A stretch of DNA of 64,000 bases from positions 25,073 through 89,072 of IMG/VR virus record IMGVR_UViG_3300027816_000087, one strand, 5' to 3'. A model generated the notes under the pieces. That model made no database searches and had not been told where the DNA came from. It saw only the letters and a program-made list of their open reading frames with translations. The translations under genes and the position numbers were made by a program. Below, one piece after another: positions 29,238 through 39,394 of this stretch (position 1 is its first letter; each line of letters opens with the position of its first letter). The stretch comes from a virus.

Positions 29238-32200
29238 TTAAATATACTCTATGTCACCACCGTTTTCAAGAATTTGTCTTATTTGATCTTCTGTTAAATC
29301 ATATTCTTCACCTTCATTATAACTCACTTCTCCTCCTAATTCAAAATATTTTTTAAGATCTTTCATTTTTTTATATAAGATATTATCTTCATATTTTACA
29401 AATAAAGAAGCAAGTTTATTAAATTGATCTTGAGTTAAATCTCTAATCTTTAAATTAGCACCAACTCCTAATTCTTTTAAAATAAATTTAGAAGAATCAG
29501 TAATTTTATTAGGATCACCAGTAACCCATTTATTCCTAGCCTGTTCTATAGTAAAATCACTATAATCTGGTCCCGACAAAAGTTTTTTGTGTGCATCCCA
29601 TCCTTCATCTAAAGATTTAAATTTAGCTACATGTCCTTTGTTATCATACGCTCCTTTTTCAGCTCCCCATTGACTTGTAAACTTACCAAAGTGAATGTTA
29701 CCAGGATTGTTATGTGTTAAAGCTATACTTTCTCCAGTTTTTTTATCATTCTTTTTTCCTTCATAGGGAAAGAAACTTATATGAACATGAGTGGTATGTG
29801 GATTATTGCCATTAGCTTTAGTGGGTATATATTTATGCCAACCTTCTTGTGGATTCCATACTCTTCTATTAAATATAACATATTTTACTCTTTTTTCTTT
29901 TGCTTGACTAATAATCTGTTCAGCAATCTTATTACCTTGATCAATGTTAACTATACCAATATCAAGAGCATTACCTGTATTATGATCACTTTCTCTTTGT
30001 CTATGTTTTTTATCACCCCATATACCAGACATTCTTACACCTGCATATTGTTTAAGAATTTCATCCCATGTTTGTTCTATCACAGGATTTACACCAGCAA
30101 AATTATATTTTTTTGGTTTAGACGAAGATGATGATGGTGGAGTTGTTGTTGTATTTGTAGTTTGTGGTTGAACAGAAGAAGCAGGTGTTTCAACAACAAC
30201 TTCAGGAGTAACTATAGGAGAAAATTCAGTTTCTGGAACTACTAGTTGCTCACCAATAATACCTCCACCAAATTGAGCAAACTGTTGTGTACCTACTATT
30301 GCACCTGGCATATTAGATGTGTACATTCCTTTATTTACTGTATACTCATTAGGTCTAAATGCTCCAGTTTGTGTATAGTCTCCTCTAGATCCTGATACAG
30401 AAGGCATTACAGGTTGTGTAAATATTTTATTTCTTAAATTCTTTTCATAACTTTTTTGAAAATCTCTATGTTGTTTTTCAGCAGCAAGTCTATTACCAAG
30501 AGCAAATCCTGTATTTAAACCTTTAGCTACTTGAGTAAAAGCAGCTGCGCCTTTTTTATCCATCCATTCTCCAAACTTACCAAAAAGATATCTAGGAGCT
30601 TTTGTAGTGGTACTAGTTATTACATTACCATACATATCTGTTTCCTTAGAAGGATCGTATGTAGGATCACCCTCCCATTTCATATCCATAATACTTTTTC
30701 CACTTGGAGGATCAATAACAGAGTTTGCTAAATTTTGATTATACCACTGAACCCATGTAGTTGTAGTTGAAGTTGTAGAAAATGGATCACCAAATGTCTC
30801 ATCATCCATAGATGGTGGTTTAAACATAGCAAAAATATTAGGATCTTGAATACACTTTGTAGGATCATTTGGATCAGGCATATAACCAGGATCACAATTA
30901 GGTGGTGTTCCTCCTCCTTGCATTTTAGAAAGAACAGATCCTCCATGTCTTTTTTGTTTTAAATAAAAAGCAGCTCCACCTGTATGATTAAAATTATCAT
31001 ATCTATTTTGATCTTTATTTGTTATAACGCCATCTTTTGTAAACAAACCTCTAGCAAATGTACCATTATCAAGTGGAATTAATTTAATTACTGATAGACC
31101 TGTTGCTTTTTTAAACTGTTCAACATAGTCATCAATATTTTTTAAAGAACCTGCAACTAGTACTTTTTTCTTTAAATCAGGTGTAGCTAAAATATACCTA
31201 CCACCTCCAACAGCTCCAAATGATTCATGACCTTTATCAATTTGTTTTTTAGGAATTAAAATATTTAAATTAACTGTTGGATTACCGTTTTCATCAAAAG
31301 CCATTGCTGTTCTTGCTACCTCATAATTAGATGTAGCATCACTATACATGTATTTTCCATTCTTTTCTTTTGCAATTCCAGTAATTTCCGCAGATCTAAA
31401 ATCAGCCATTTCTAAATTCTTTCCTTTCAAATTTTTACCATAATCTAAATAGAATTTACCTTCAGCATCAATTCCCCCGTATATTTTATCATCTGCTATT
31501 TCATTATCGCTGTATCTTCTAATTGTATTTGTACCATTATTATCAGTATACCCCTCACCCATTCCATATTCTTTTGCAAATGGTGTTATAACAAAACCTT
31601 CCGTTTTAATATCACCTAATCTACTACCTCTATTTCTTGCTCCTAATCTTAAACTAGAACTGCTTAGATCAAGCCATAATGGTTTTGTAATATATCTTTT
31701 ATTCTTTTTATCATACGCTTCATTTTTATCATACATTTCTATTGCACTACCTTCTGCATATGGTGTACTTTCAAGTACTAATGGTGATTGACTAACAACT
31801 GGTTTTTCTACTTTTGGAATTGAAATTGTTGACTTTGATTTATTAAGATCATCACCTTCTTTAAGTGCATTTTTTCTTGCAAAATAATTTTGACCGAGTT
31901 GAAATATATCATTAACACCGCTGCTTATTCTTTCTATGTTTTTAGTAGGATCTAAAAATTCACCCAAAAAAAGTCCAGCAGCTTTAGTACCAAGATTTAA
32001 ATAATCAAAAAAACCTAAGTTGTTTTTTTGATTTTGTTTATTAGGTAAACCTTCTTCAGGTAATACATCAAACTCAGTATATTCTTCTTTTCTTTGTGAA
32101 ATAGGTTGTTGACCAGGTCTAAATGGAATTTGAAGCAAACTTCTAGAATAATCTAAATATTTATTAAACTGATCCATTGCTCCTTTTTTAGCTTTAATTT

Positions 32201-34748
32201 CTTGAATTTGTTTTTTAGTTACAGGTGATGTAACTACCACTTCAGGAAGAACAAAAGCTTCTTCACCTTCTTGTATGGTTTTATAATAACCACCAGGATC
32301 TGCAGTGTAATCTTCAGTAGTAGGATCAGATGAGTATTCTTCAGTAGAGACACTTGGTTTTTTATTCATTGCTGCATATTGAGAAGCATTATTAAAACCA
32401 AACTGAGGCATTGTCCCCATTCCTTTATTAATGTCCATAGTAGCAATATCTAAAAGAGCATTTAGTTTATCAGCATTATAATTACTTCTAGCTTCTTCTT
32501 TTCCAGGAAGAGATGAATGTCTATCTAATCCTGCTTTATTTTTTGCATGCAATTGCTCAATTGTTTCAACACTAACTGGAGTAAATGATTGTTGATGAGC
32601 TAAAAGAATATCTTGATTTTGTCTAAGTTTTTCAAGAAGCTCTAAGTTTTTTGCTGCCGAATAATCATACCCTTCAACACCATATTCTTTAGCAAGTTGT
32701 CCTCTAAATGGTTTAGATCCTTGATACCCTTTTGTTGCTAAATAGTCTACAATACTTGAACCTGTATATTCTGCACCATCTTGTGCTTTTACTAAACCAC
32801 CATCTTGTTTTTTATTTCTTTGACTTCCTAAATATGCTCCTGAAGCTACTGATCCTGTACCAAGTCCTAATTGAAGTGCTGTTTCTCCAACTTTACCCCA
32901 ATCAATAACTCTAGATGGTGTTTCACCAAAAGTAAAAAATCTTCCTGTTTCACCAAAAGGATCTATTTCACCTCTATTCATTCTAGAAATTTCATCAAAG
33001 TTTACTTCAAATTTTTGAGGTCCTCCAGGTTTAGTAAAATATTGTTTTGGGTTACGAATCATTTGTCCAAGATCCCTTGTATTTAATAATCCAGATTGTA
33101 AAGGTTGACCTTGAATCCCACTTTTACCTACAAAATTAAAACTACCCGATGTCAGATTAGGTTTAGGACTTTCAGAAATTAAAGTTCCAAAATTTCTACT
33201 ATATTGACCTTGATAAGGTTTAATAAGCTCTAAAGGATCTGGAGTATGTCCATATAGTCTATTTAACCAATATCTTGTATTTTTATCCCATATCTTACCT
33301 GTTGGATCTATAACTAATCCTTGGTCATTATTCGTAGGAATTGATTTACCAATTCCTTTAAAATTTTTTCTAAACCAATGTTCTACAGGACCAATTTTTA
33401 AATCCTTTAATAAACTTGGTATTTTATGTTGCACATCTTCAAACGATCTTCCTGGTATAATCTGTTCTGGTATATCAACAAGTCTAGTTTCATACATTTT
33501 AGTTTTAGGATTAAATGATTGTATTGTAGCTTGTCTTGTTGATGTAGAAGTTGGTGCTACAAGTCTACTAGCAGTTCTACCTGCCATTGGTATTGCTCTA
33601 GCTCCTAAAGAAAGTGCACCTTCTAACAAAGGTGCTGCTGTTAAACCAACATTTAATATTCTACCTAATCTTTCTTTATACTTATTTGCTTCATCTAAAT
33701 CTCTTTGTGTAGTTCCTTCAGGAATACCTAGTACTTCTGTTCTATATTTATTAACATCATCTACTTTTTGCTGCGCAACCTTTCTTTCATAATCTGTTCT
33801 ATTATCTTGACCAACTGTTACATTTGATTTTTTCTGTGTTTGTTGTTGACGTATTTGTTGAGCAACAGGCCTACTTGCTCCTGTTTTTTTCATTATTTGT
33901 TTAACAACTTGTTCCTCTTTAATTTGTGGTTGAATTGCAGCTTTTGTTCCAACACTCATTCCTCTGTTTACTATATCCCCTTGACTACCATATTGTTTAT
34001 CTCTAACTTGAAGATAACCAGGAAGCGAAGCGTTACTACCACCTGGTTGAAATTGAGTTAATGCACCACCTGCTCTAAAATATGAAGGTGCAATTTGATT
34101 TTTAGGAGTATATCTTTCATTAACTAAATTTTCTATATCATTTTTATTTAGTTTGTAGTCTTGAAAATATCTCATTATAGTTTCACGACTTGGAGTGGGA
34201 TTATTAAACGTAGATCTCACCCAAGGAATATAAGGTTGTGAAGAATATGCACGAGGATCTTTCCCTTCTATTGGATTACCTTGTTCATCAAAATAGTTAT
34301 TGTATTGAGATTGATTTAATCTATTATTTCTTTCTAGTTGATTAGCAGCAAAAAATTCATCATATGTTAAACCAGGATAATTTTTACTTGTTTGCTCCCA
34401 TTCTTTTTTTAACATCTCATTCTCATTCTCAAGTCCTACTTTTGATGTTATATTTTGCCAAGGAGTTGTAGGTTTTGCTTCTTTTTGTTTGTTAATAATA
34501 TTCATCATCCTATTATCAACAAAATTATCTGGATTGTTACAACCTCCTTTGCCACATGTTGCAGCTGGTCTTGTACTTTCACTTGTAACATTAAACCCAC
34601 CAACTGCTTTTACTAAACCACCATACCTTTTTTGTACTAGTTTTTTAGCTTCAGGAAACATGCCAAAGAATGCTTGTTCTGTTGGAAACAATTTGTAGAA
34701 ATCTTTTTCATTTTCTACACCAGCCATTTTTAAAAATTCTTTCTTCAT
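29238..34748 (-). CDS. Multidomain virion protein with putative peptidoglycan hydrolase domains
   Basis: Likely start MKKEFL at 34748. DUF3597-like SIVDYL...RGQLAKEYGV...KNLELLEKLR; M15/DD-peptidase-like SDHNTGNALD...HTTHVHISF; lysozyme-like HNNPGNI module; modules separated by xxxGG motifs. Confidence 0.65.
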   Translation of the reverse strand: MKKEFLKMAGVENEKDFYKLFPTEQAFFGMFPEAKKLVQKRYGGLVKAVGGFNVTSESTRPAATCGKGGCNNPDNFVDNRMMNIINKQKEAKPTTPWQNITSKVGLENENEMLKKEWEQTSKNYPGLTYDEFFAANQLERNNRLNQSQYNNYFDEQGNPIEGKDPRAYSSQPYIPWVRSTFNNPTPSRETIMRYFQDYKLNKNDIENLVNERYTPKNQIAPSYFRAGGALTQFQPGGSNASLPGYLQVRDKQYGSQGDIVNRGMSVGTKAAIQPQIKEEQVVKQIMKKTGASRPVAQQIRQQQTQKKSNVTVGQDNRTDYERKVAQQKVDDVNKYRTEVLGIPEGTTQRDLDEANKYKERLGRILNVGLTAAPLLEGALSLGARAIPMAGRTASRLVAPTSTSTRQATIQSFNPKTKMYETRLVDIPEQIIPGRSFEDVQHKIPSLLKDLKIGPVEHWFRKNFKGIGKSIPTNNDQGLVIDPTGKIWDKNTRYWLNRLYGHTPDPLELIKPYQGQYSRNFGTLISESPKPNLTSGSFNFVGKSGIQGQPLQSGLLNTRDLGQMIRNPKQYFTKPGGPQKFEVNFDEISRMNRGEIDPFGETGRFFTFGETPSRVIDWGKVGETALQLGLGTGSVASGAYLGSQRNKKQDGGLVKAQDGAEYTGSSIVDYLATKGYQGSKPFRGQLAKEYGVEGYDYSAAKNLELLEKLRQNQDILLAHQQSFTPVSVETIEQLHAKNKAGLDRHSSLPGKEEARSNYNADKLNALLDIATMDINKGMGTMPQFGFNNASQYAAMNKKPSVSTEEYSSDPTTEDYTADPGGYYKTIQEGEEAFVLPEVVVTSPVTKKQIQEIKAKKGAMDQFNKYLDYSRSLLQIPFRPGQQPISQRKEEYTEFDVLPEEGLPNKQNQKNNLGFFDYLNLGTKAAGLFLGEFLDPTKNIERISSGVNDIFQLGQNYFARKNALKEGDDLNKSKSTISIPKVEKPVVSQSPLVLESTPYAEGSAIEMYDKNEAYDKKNKRYITKPLWLDLSSSSLRLGARNRGSRLGDIKTEGFVITPFAKEYGMGEGYTDNNGTNTIRRYSDNEIADDKIYGGIDAEGKFYLDYGKNLKGKNLEMADFRSAEITGIAKEKNGKYMYSDATSNYEVARTAMAFDENGNPTVNLNILIPKKQIDKGHESFGAVGGGRYILATPDLKKKVLVAGSLKNIDDYVEQFKKATGLSVIKLIPLDNGTFARGLFTKDGVITNKDQNRYDNFNHTGGAAFYLKQKRHGGSVLSKMQGGGTPPNCDPGYMPDPNDPTKCIQDPNIFAMFKPPSMDDETFGDPFSTTSTTTTWVQWYNQNLANSVIDPPSGKSIMDMKWEGDPTYDPSKETDMYGNVITSTTTKAPRYLFGKFGEWMDKKGAAAFTQVAKGLNTGFALGNRLAAEKQHRDFQKSYEKNLRNKIFTQPVMPSVSGSRGDYTQTGAFRPNEYTVNKGMYTSNMPGAIVGTQQFAQFGGGIIGEQLVVPETEFSPIVTPEVVVETPASSVQPQTTNTTTTPPSSSSSKPKKYNFAGVNPVIEQTWDEILKQYAGVRMSGIWGDKKHRQRESDHNTGNALDIGIVNIDQGNKIAEQIISQAKEKRVKYVIFNRRVWNPQEGWHKYIPTKANGNNPHTTHVHISFFPYEGKKNDKKTGESIALTHNNPGNIHFGKFTSQWGAEKGAYDNKGHVAKFKSLDEGWDAHKKLLSGPDYSDFTIEQARNKWVTGDPNKITDSSKFILKELGVGANLKIRDLTQDQFNKLASLFVKYEDNILYKKMKDLKKYFELGGEVSYNEGEEYDLTEDQIRQILENGGDIEYI

Positions 34749-34753
34749 ATTAG

Positions 34754-37700
34754 TTAGTTGTAGTTTTCTAGCCAATTAGTTTGTCCAGTATTTTTAACAT
34801 TAAACCCTTTATTTGCAATAGGTAAAGAAGAACCCTCCACTCCTACTAATAAATTATTTAAATTGTTTAATTTCTCAAAATCATTTCCATGAATATTAAA
34901 TAAATCAAGAAAATGTTCATATCTTAATCTCTTCTCTGAATCTTTATTTTGAATAGCTTCCTCATAAGATTTTTTAGCTTTTTCGTAAATATTTTTAAAA
35001 TCTTCGGATGTAGTGTTTGCTGCAGGATCAATTCCGTATTCTGTTCTAAGTTCCATCAAGGCTCTGTAAAGTTCTGAATTTTTCATATTTTTTACATTTC
35101 CTTTTTTATTCACTCTAAAATTAGGAAATCCTGTTCCAGTCATCCAATCATAAGCATAACCAGCATCTCTATCAAAATTAGCTTGAGCCCATTTACCAGC
35201 AGCTTCTTTTGATAAATCTGGTTTACCAATTCTTTCATAAAGATGTTGTGCATAAACTTCAGGTCCAGCAAATCCAGAATATATTTGATCACTATATTGA
35301 TCTAGAATTGGTTCAACAGTTTTATGAAGATCTCTATGTTTGCCCTCATGTTTTATAGGTTCTTCTGTTCTTGAAAGCTGATGAGCTTTTATATAACGAT
35401 CTCTTAATTCTGGATTTTTATTTATATAGCCAAATCCTGGTTTTTTTAATTGTTCTTCTATTGAAAGATATGGGTTAGCTATTTCTATTGTTTCATCATA
35501 AGGCATGTATTGTCCTAAAAGACCTTGTGGAATTAAATAATGAACTCCTTTATACTCAATACCTTTAGAAACATCAGATGGAAGTTTACTAAAATTTTCT
35601 AATACTTGTTTAGCTTCATTGCTAATTCTTGGATCAGAATGGTTTACACGTGCTGTATACCAATCTAAAAGTTCTTTTCTTGCTTTATTTAAAATATCTA
35701 CATCAGATTGAAGAGGAGGATATTTTGTTGTTTCATCTGTAGTTAAAAATCCACCTGGTGCAAATTGTTGTAATTGTCCACCTGCTTTAAATTCTTTTCT
35801 ATCTTCTTCATTTAATATACCTGTATTTGAAATACTCGTTCCTGTGTATAATTTATTTTCAGATAGATATTTCATAAAATCATCTGCCTCATTTCCTCTT
35901 AATAATCTTCTATGGGGAAGATTATCTAAACCACGCCACTCTACCATTCTATCAGCTTTAGACAATATCCTTTGATTTGCTCTTGGTGTTTTATATAATT
36001 GTTCAAAATTTGGTCCATAATTAAGATCCTCAGATTCTCTAGATGCTCTAATAATATCATCAGTAAGAACTACATCATCTACCGATTTTCCAAGAGGTTT
36101 GCTAGGTCCTACTTTTACTGTAACACTACCTTTTAGTTCATTTTCCCAATCTCTAAGTTGTCTTCTAGTATCTCTTCTAGATAAACCTTTATAATCTCTT
36201 AAATAATCTTTTGCTATACCTTTCATTCTATCCATTGTCCATTCACTAGGATTATAATTACGATGATATGCAAATGCTAGTTCAGGATTATCAACAAACA
36301 TTTGATTAAAATCTTGCAATCTTTTAAAAGGATTTTCATTTCCAAAACCAGTAAGGGTACCTGTATTAGGAGCTGTTTTATTTATTATTACATCTCTAAA
36401 ATATTCATTATTTATTCTTGGATCAATTTCTTTTCTAACAAATCTTTTAGCTTCTCTCCATGCTTTATCTTTATTATCAGGATATTGTAACATGTAATAT
36501 TTGTACATATCAGCTAAAACATTATTTCTATTTTGTTCAACTGTTGTTCCACTTTGATTTAAATTTGGATAATTCTTTCCAAATTCAACATCTATAATCC
36601 CTCTATCAATATTCCAATGTTTATCACCTTTAAATGGAACAGACATAGCATCTTTTTTGTTAGATGCATTTCTATACCAATAAAGAAAATCTACATCTTC
36701 ACCTGACGTTGGCATTTCTGTAAACTTTCTTATTTCATCCTCTGTTTTATATGGAGTTACTGTTCTACGTATAGCATAATCTGTTTTACCACCAACAGAT
36801 GGATTATGTACATATCTAGTTTCTTTTGGTAAAGTTGTAGTGTCTGTTGTTACAAATCCACCAGGTTGAAATTGTTTAAACTGACCACCACGTTTGTAAT
36901 TACCTTGTGTTGTTAAATTACCATAATATGTTCCTGTTTCATAACGTCTTTGATTTTCTTTTTGTAGAAAATCCATCATATCATCTGCCTCTTTTCTAGT
37001 CTTAAAAAAAACTTCTCTTGGTTGATTTTGTCCTTCAGAATTTAATTCACTAAATCTTAAAACATAATCTCCTGATTGATTAGGTTGTATACTAGGTTGT
37101 CTATTTATTGATGGAGTTCCAACACTCAAAGGTTCTATACCAATTGTATTACGAACCATTTTTAATTGTGGTGGTAAAGAAGAAACGCTAGGAGGAATAA
37201 CTTTGTTTTCTGGTTTATCGCCATATAATTTTTCCCATTCAAGATTTTCTTTTTTACTTCTTAAATGAGGTGGTTTTATATATAAAGGATCATAATCAAA
37301 AACTTCAACATTTCCACCTGGATAACCTGATAAATTTCCTGATACAGGTTCATATCGAATTACTCTTTGTGGCTTTACTCTTTTATCAACAAGTGCAAAT
37401 GGTGAAACTAAATTTTGAGCTGGCGTAACAATATCTCTATAATAAAGTTGATTATTACTATTTGATTTTTGTATTTGTTCAAGAGATTTACGCTCTAAAT
37501 CTCTAATTTGTGAAGGTGATAAATTATATATTTTTTTATAAAGAGCATCGTAAAATGCACCTGGGGGATGTTTATAAAAACTTAAATTTCCTTCTTTTAG
37601 TTTATTATACTCACGATTTGAAATAGATGGTTGATTAAAAGTTTTAGTACTAGTGCGTTTTAATCTTCCTTGTCTTACTTCATTTTCATAAAAATTGTTA

Positions 37701-39394
37701 AGTGCAATTTGTGAATTGTATAAAGCTTCATGTTCTTCTCGTGTAAGTATAGGAAATGTAGTTTCATCTGTAGTTAATCCACCTTCATCATATCTATCTA
37801 ACCAATTACCTTCTTCTAGATTTGGTATAGATATATCTCCACCATTTTGAGCTTTTTGTAAATAACTTTCTCCACCATATTGTTTTTTATCAACACCTTC
37901 ATCCATAGTTTTTACATCACTTCCAAATTTTAAACCACCAATAGTAGCATTATATAATTTTTGTAAAAGTGTGTAATACTCATCTCCTTTCATTCCTTTC
38001 AATGCTTTAGAATAAGGGATAAGTCCTAAAAGACCTTGTGTATAATCTTCACCAGCCTTACTCCAATTTTTATCAAGAGCATATCTAGTTCCAGTGTAAA
38101 AATCTCCTGTTGCACCTGCTAATTGAATAAGATATTGAATTTCAGGAGCTGCCATTGTAGAAAGCGCAGCTGCAGAAAGTGCTCCTTTATTATACTTTAC
38201 AGCATTAGATGGTTCATATCTTTCTACAGGTTTAGAAGGTCTGTCTAATATCTTTTCATAAAATCTTTTTCCTTGATCATCTAAATGTGGAGCTATAACT
38301 ATATTTGGAAGAATCCCCACCTCACCTATTCCTTCTCTATTTTCATATCGTATTGGATCAACATCAACGATAGGCTCAGTGGAACCAAGAGGTGTTGTTG
38401 TTTGAACGGTAGTTGCAAACCCACCATTCTTAAGTCCTAAAATATTAGAAGAATTAGATGGTTTATAATTAGCAAATGCCTTTATCATTTTATATGGTCC
38501 TGCAGTTTGACTAGGATATTTATCATTTGGATCATAACCTATTAACTCATTATCCATTTTTCTGTCTACAAAACCAACTTTTGGTTTAGGTTGTCTATCA
38601 TAATGTTGCACGTAACCATCAGCTATATTTTTTCTTTCCCAACCAGAAGAATAAATAGGCATTCCTGGAAGATTTTTTATTTTTTTATGATAATATTTAT
38701 CAAACCCATCATCTTTTCTTAAATAAGGAGGTTTATTAAAATCTTCATAAAATTTGTTATAATCTTGGTATTCTTTATCTGTATATTCTTTACTATAAGG
38801 AACTACTATTGGTCCACCATTTTCAAATCTATGTGTAAATCTTAATTCTGGAAAAAATTGCGGTTTACCAAATAATTCTACACCACCTGGATAACCAACA
38901 GATACACTATTAACATTTCCTGTTAGTCCTAATTTATTTTTTTTACTATTAAAAAGATTTACATAACCTTGTGCTCCAATACCGTGAATGTTTACACCAC
39001 GTTGAGGATTAAAACCAAACATGTATGGATTAACACCAACTTTTTTATCTTCTTGTCTACTATATTTTGGAAGATTTAGATGAACATCAGGAAGATCTAG
39101 CATTTGAATACCATTTTGAGCTTTTGTTAAAGGATATTCATCTACATACTCTGCATCAGGAAAAGTATGTTCTTCTTCTGGATACATCATTCGTTCACTA
39201 CCATCACTACCTCTACCTAACACAGGATAGGGTACTCCTTGCATTGTTATTCTATTAGAAGGAATACGTGTAACTTGTCCAGGATGAGCCCATTGACCCA
39301 TAGGATCAACTATCCTATCTTTAGGTTTTGGTTGAGTCTTTTTTTGTTTTGACTCAGCTATCATTTGACTTAATAATTTTCTATTAAAACTCAT
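34754..39394 (-). CDS. Multidomain virion protein with xxxGG-delimited modules and a C-terminal zincin-like domain
   Basis: 1546 aa; N-terminal GQWAHPG...ITMQGVPYPVLG...VDEYP domain; repeated GG[F/L]xTTDxTT junctions; GQY...KHEGKH...SELYRALMELR in the last module. Confidence 0.55.
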   Translation of the reverse strand: MSFNRKLLSQMIAESKQKKTQPKPKDRIVDPMGQWAHPGQVTRIPSNRITMQGVPYPVLGRGSDGSERMMYPEEEHTFPDAEYVDEYPLTKAQNGIQMLDLPDVHLNLPKYSRQEDKKVGVNPYMFGFNPQRGVNIHGIGAQGYVNLFNSKKNKLGLTGNVNSVSVGYPGGVELFGKPQFFPELRFTHRFENGGPIVVPYSKEYTDKEYQDYNKFYEDFNKPPYLRKDDGFDKYYHKKIKNLPGMPIYSSGWERKNIADGYVQHYDRQPKPKVGFVDRKMDNELIGYDPNDKYPSQTAGPYKMIKAFANYKPSNSSNILGLKNGGFATTVQTTTPLGSTEPIVDVDPIRYENREGIGEVGILPNIVIAPHLDDQGKRFYEKILDRPSKPVERYEPSNAVKYNKGALSAAALSTMAAPEIQYLIQLAGATGDFYTGTRYALDKNWSKAGEDYTQGLLGLIPYSKALKGMKGDEYYTLLQKLYNATIGGLKFGSDVKTMDEGVDKKQYGGESYLQKAQNGGDISIPNLEEGNWLDRYDEGGLTTDETTFPILTREEHEALYNSQIALNNFYENEVRQGRLKRTSTKTFNQPSISNREYNKLKEGNLSFYKHPPGAFYDALYKKIYNLSPSQIRDLERKSLEQIQKSNSNNQLYYRDIVTPAQNLVSPFALVDKRVKPQRVIRYEPVSGNLSGYPGGNVEVFDYDPLYIKPPHLRSKKENLEWEKLYGDKPENKVIPPSVSSLPPQLKMVRNTIGIEPLSVGTPSINRQPSIQPNQSGDYVLRFSELNSEGQNQPREVFFKTRKEADDMMDFLQKENQRRYETGTYYGNLTTQGNYKRGGQFKQFQPGGFVTTDTTTLPKETRYVHNPSVGGKTDYAIRRTVTPYKTEDEIRKFTEMPTSGEDVDFLYWYRNASNKKDAMSVPFKGDKHWNIDRGIIDVEFGKNYPNLNQSGTTVEQNRNNVLADMYKYYMLQYPDNKDKAWREAKRFVRKEIDPRINNEYFRDVIINKTAPNTGTLTGFGNENPFKRLQDFNQMFVDNPELAFAYHRNYNPSEWTMDRMKGIAKDYLRDYKGLSRRDTRRQLRDWENELKGSVTVKVGPSKPLGKSVDDVVLTDDIIRASRESEDLNYGPNFEQLYKTPRANQRILSKADRMVEWRGLDNLPHRRLLRGNEADDFMKYLSENKLYTGTSISNTGILNEEDRKEFKAGGQLQQFAPGGFLTTDETTKYPPLQSDVDILNKARKELLDWYTARVNHSDPRISNEAKQVLENFSKLPSDVSKGIEYKGVHYLIPQGLLGQYMPYDETIEIANPYLSIEEQLKKPGFGYINKNPELRDRYIKAHQLSRTEEPIKHEGKHRDLHKTVEPILDQYSDQIYSGFAGPEVYAQHLYERIGKPDLSKEAAGKWAQANFDRDAGYAYDWMTGTGFPNFRVNKKGNVKNMKNSELYRALMELRTEYGIDPAANTTSEDFKNIYEKAKKSYEEAIQNKDSEKRLRYEHFLDLFNIHGNDFEKLNNLNNLLVGVEGSSLPIANKGFNVKNTGQTNWLENYN

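Noticed and set aside
30960-31700. Possible phosphodiester glycosidase (NAGPA-like) module in the 1845-aa protein (IPLDNGT)
   Set aside because: Only a weak resemblance to the LDGGGS motif; cannot be supported without a profile search.
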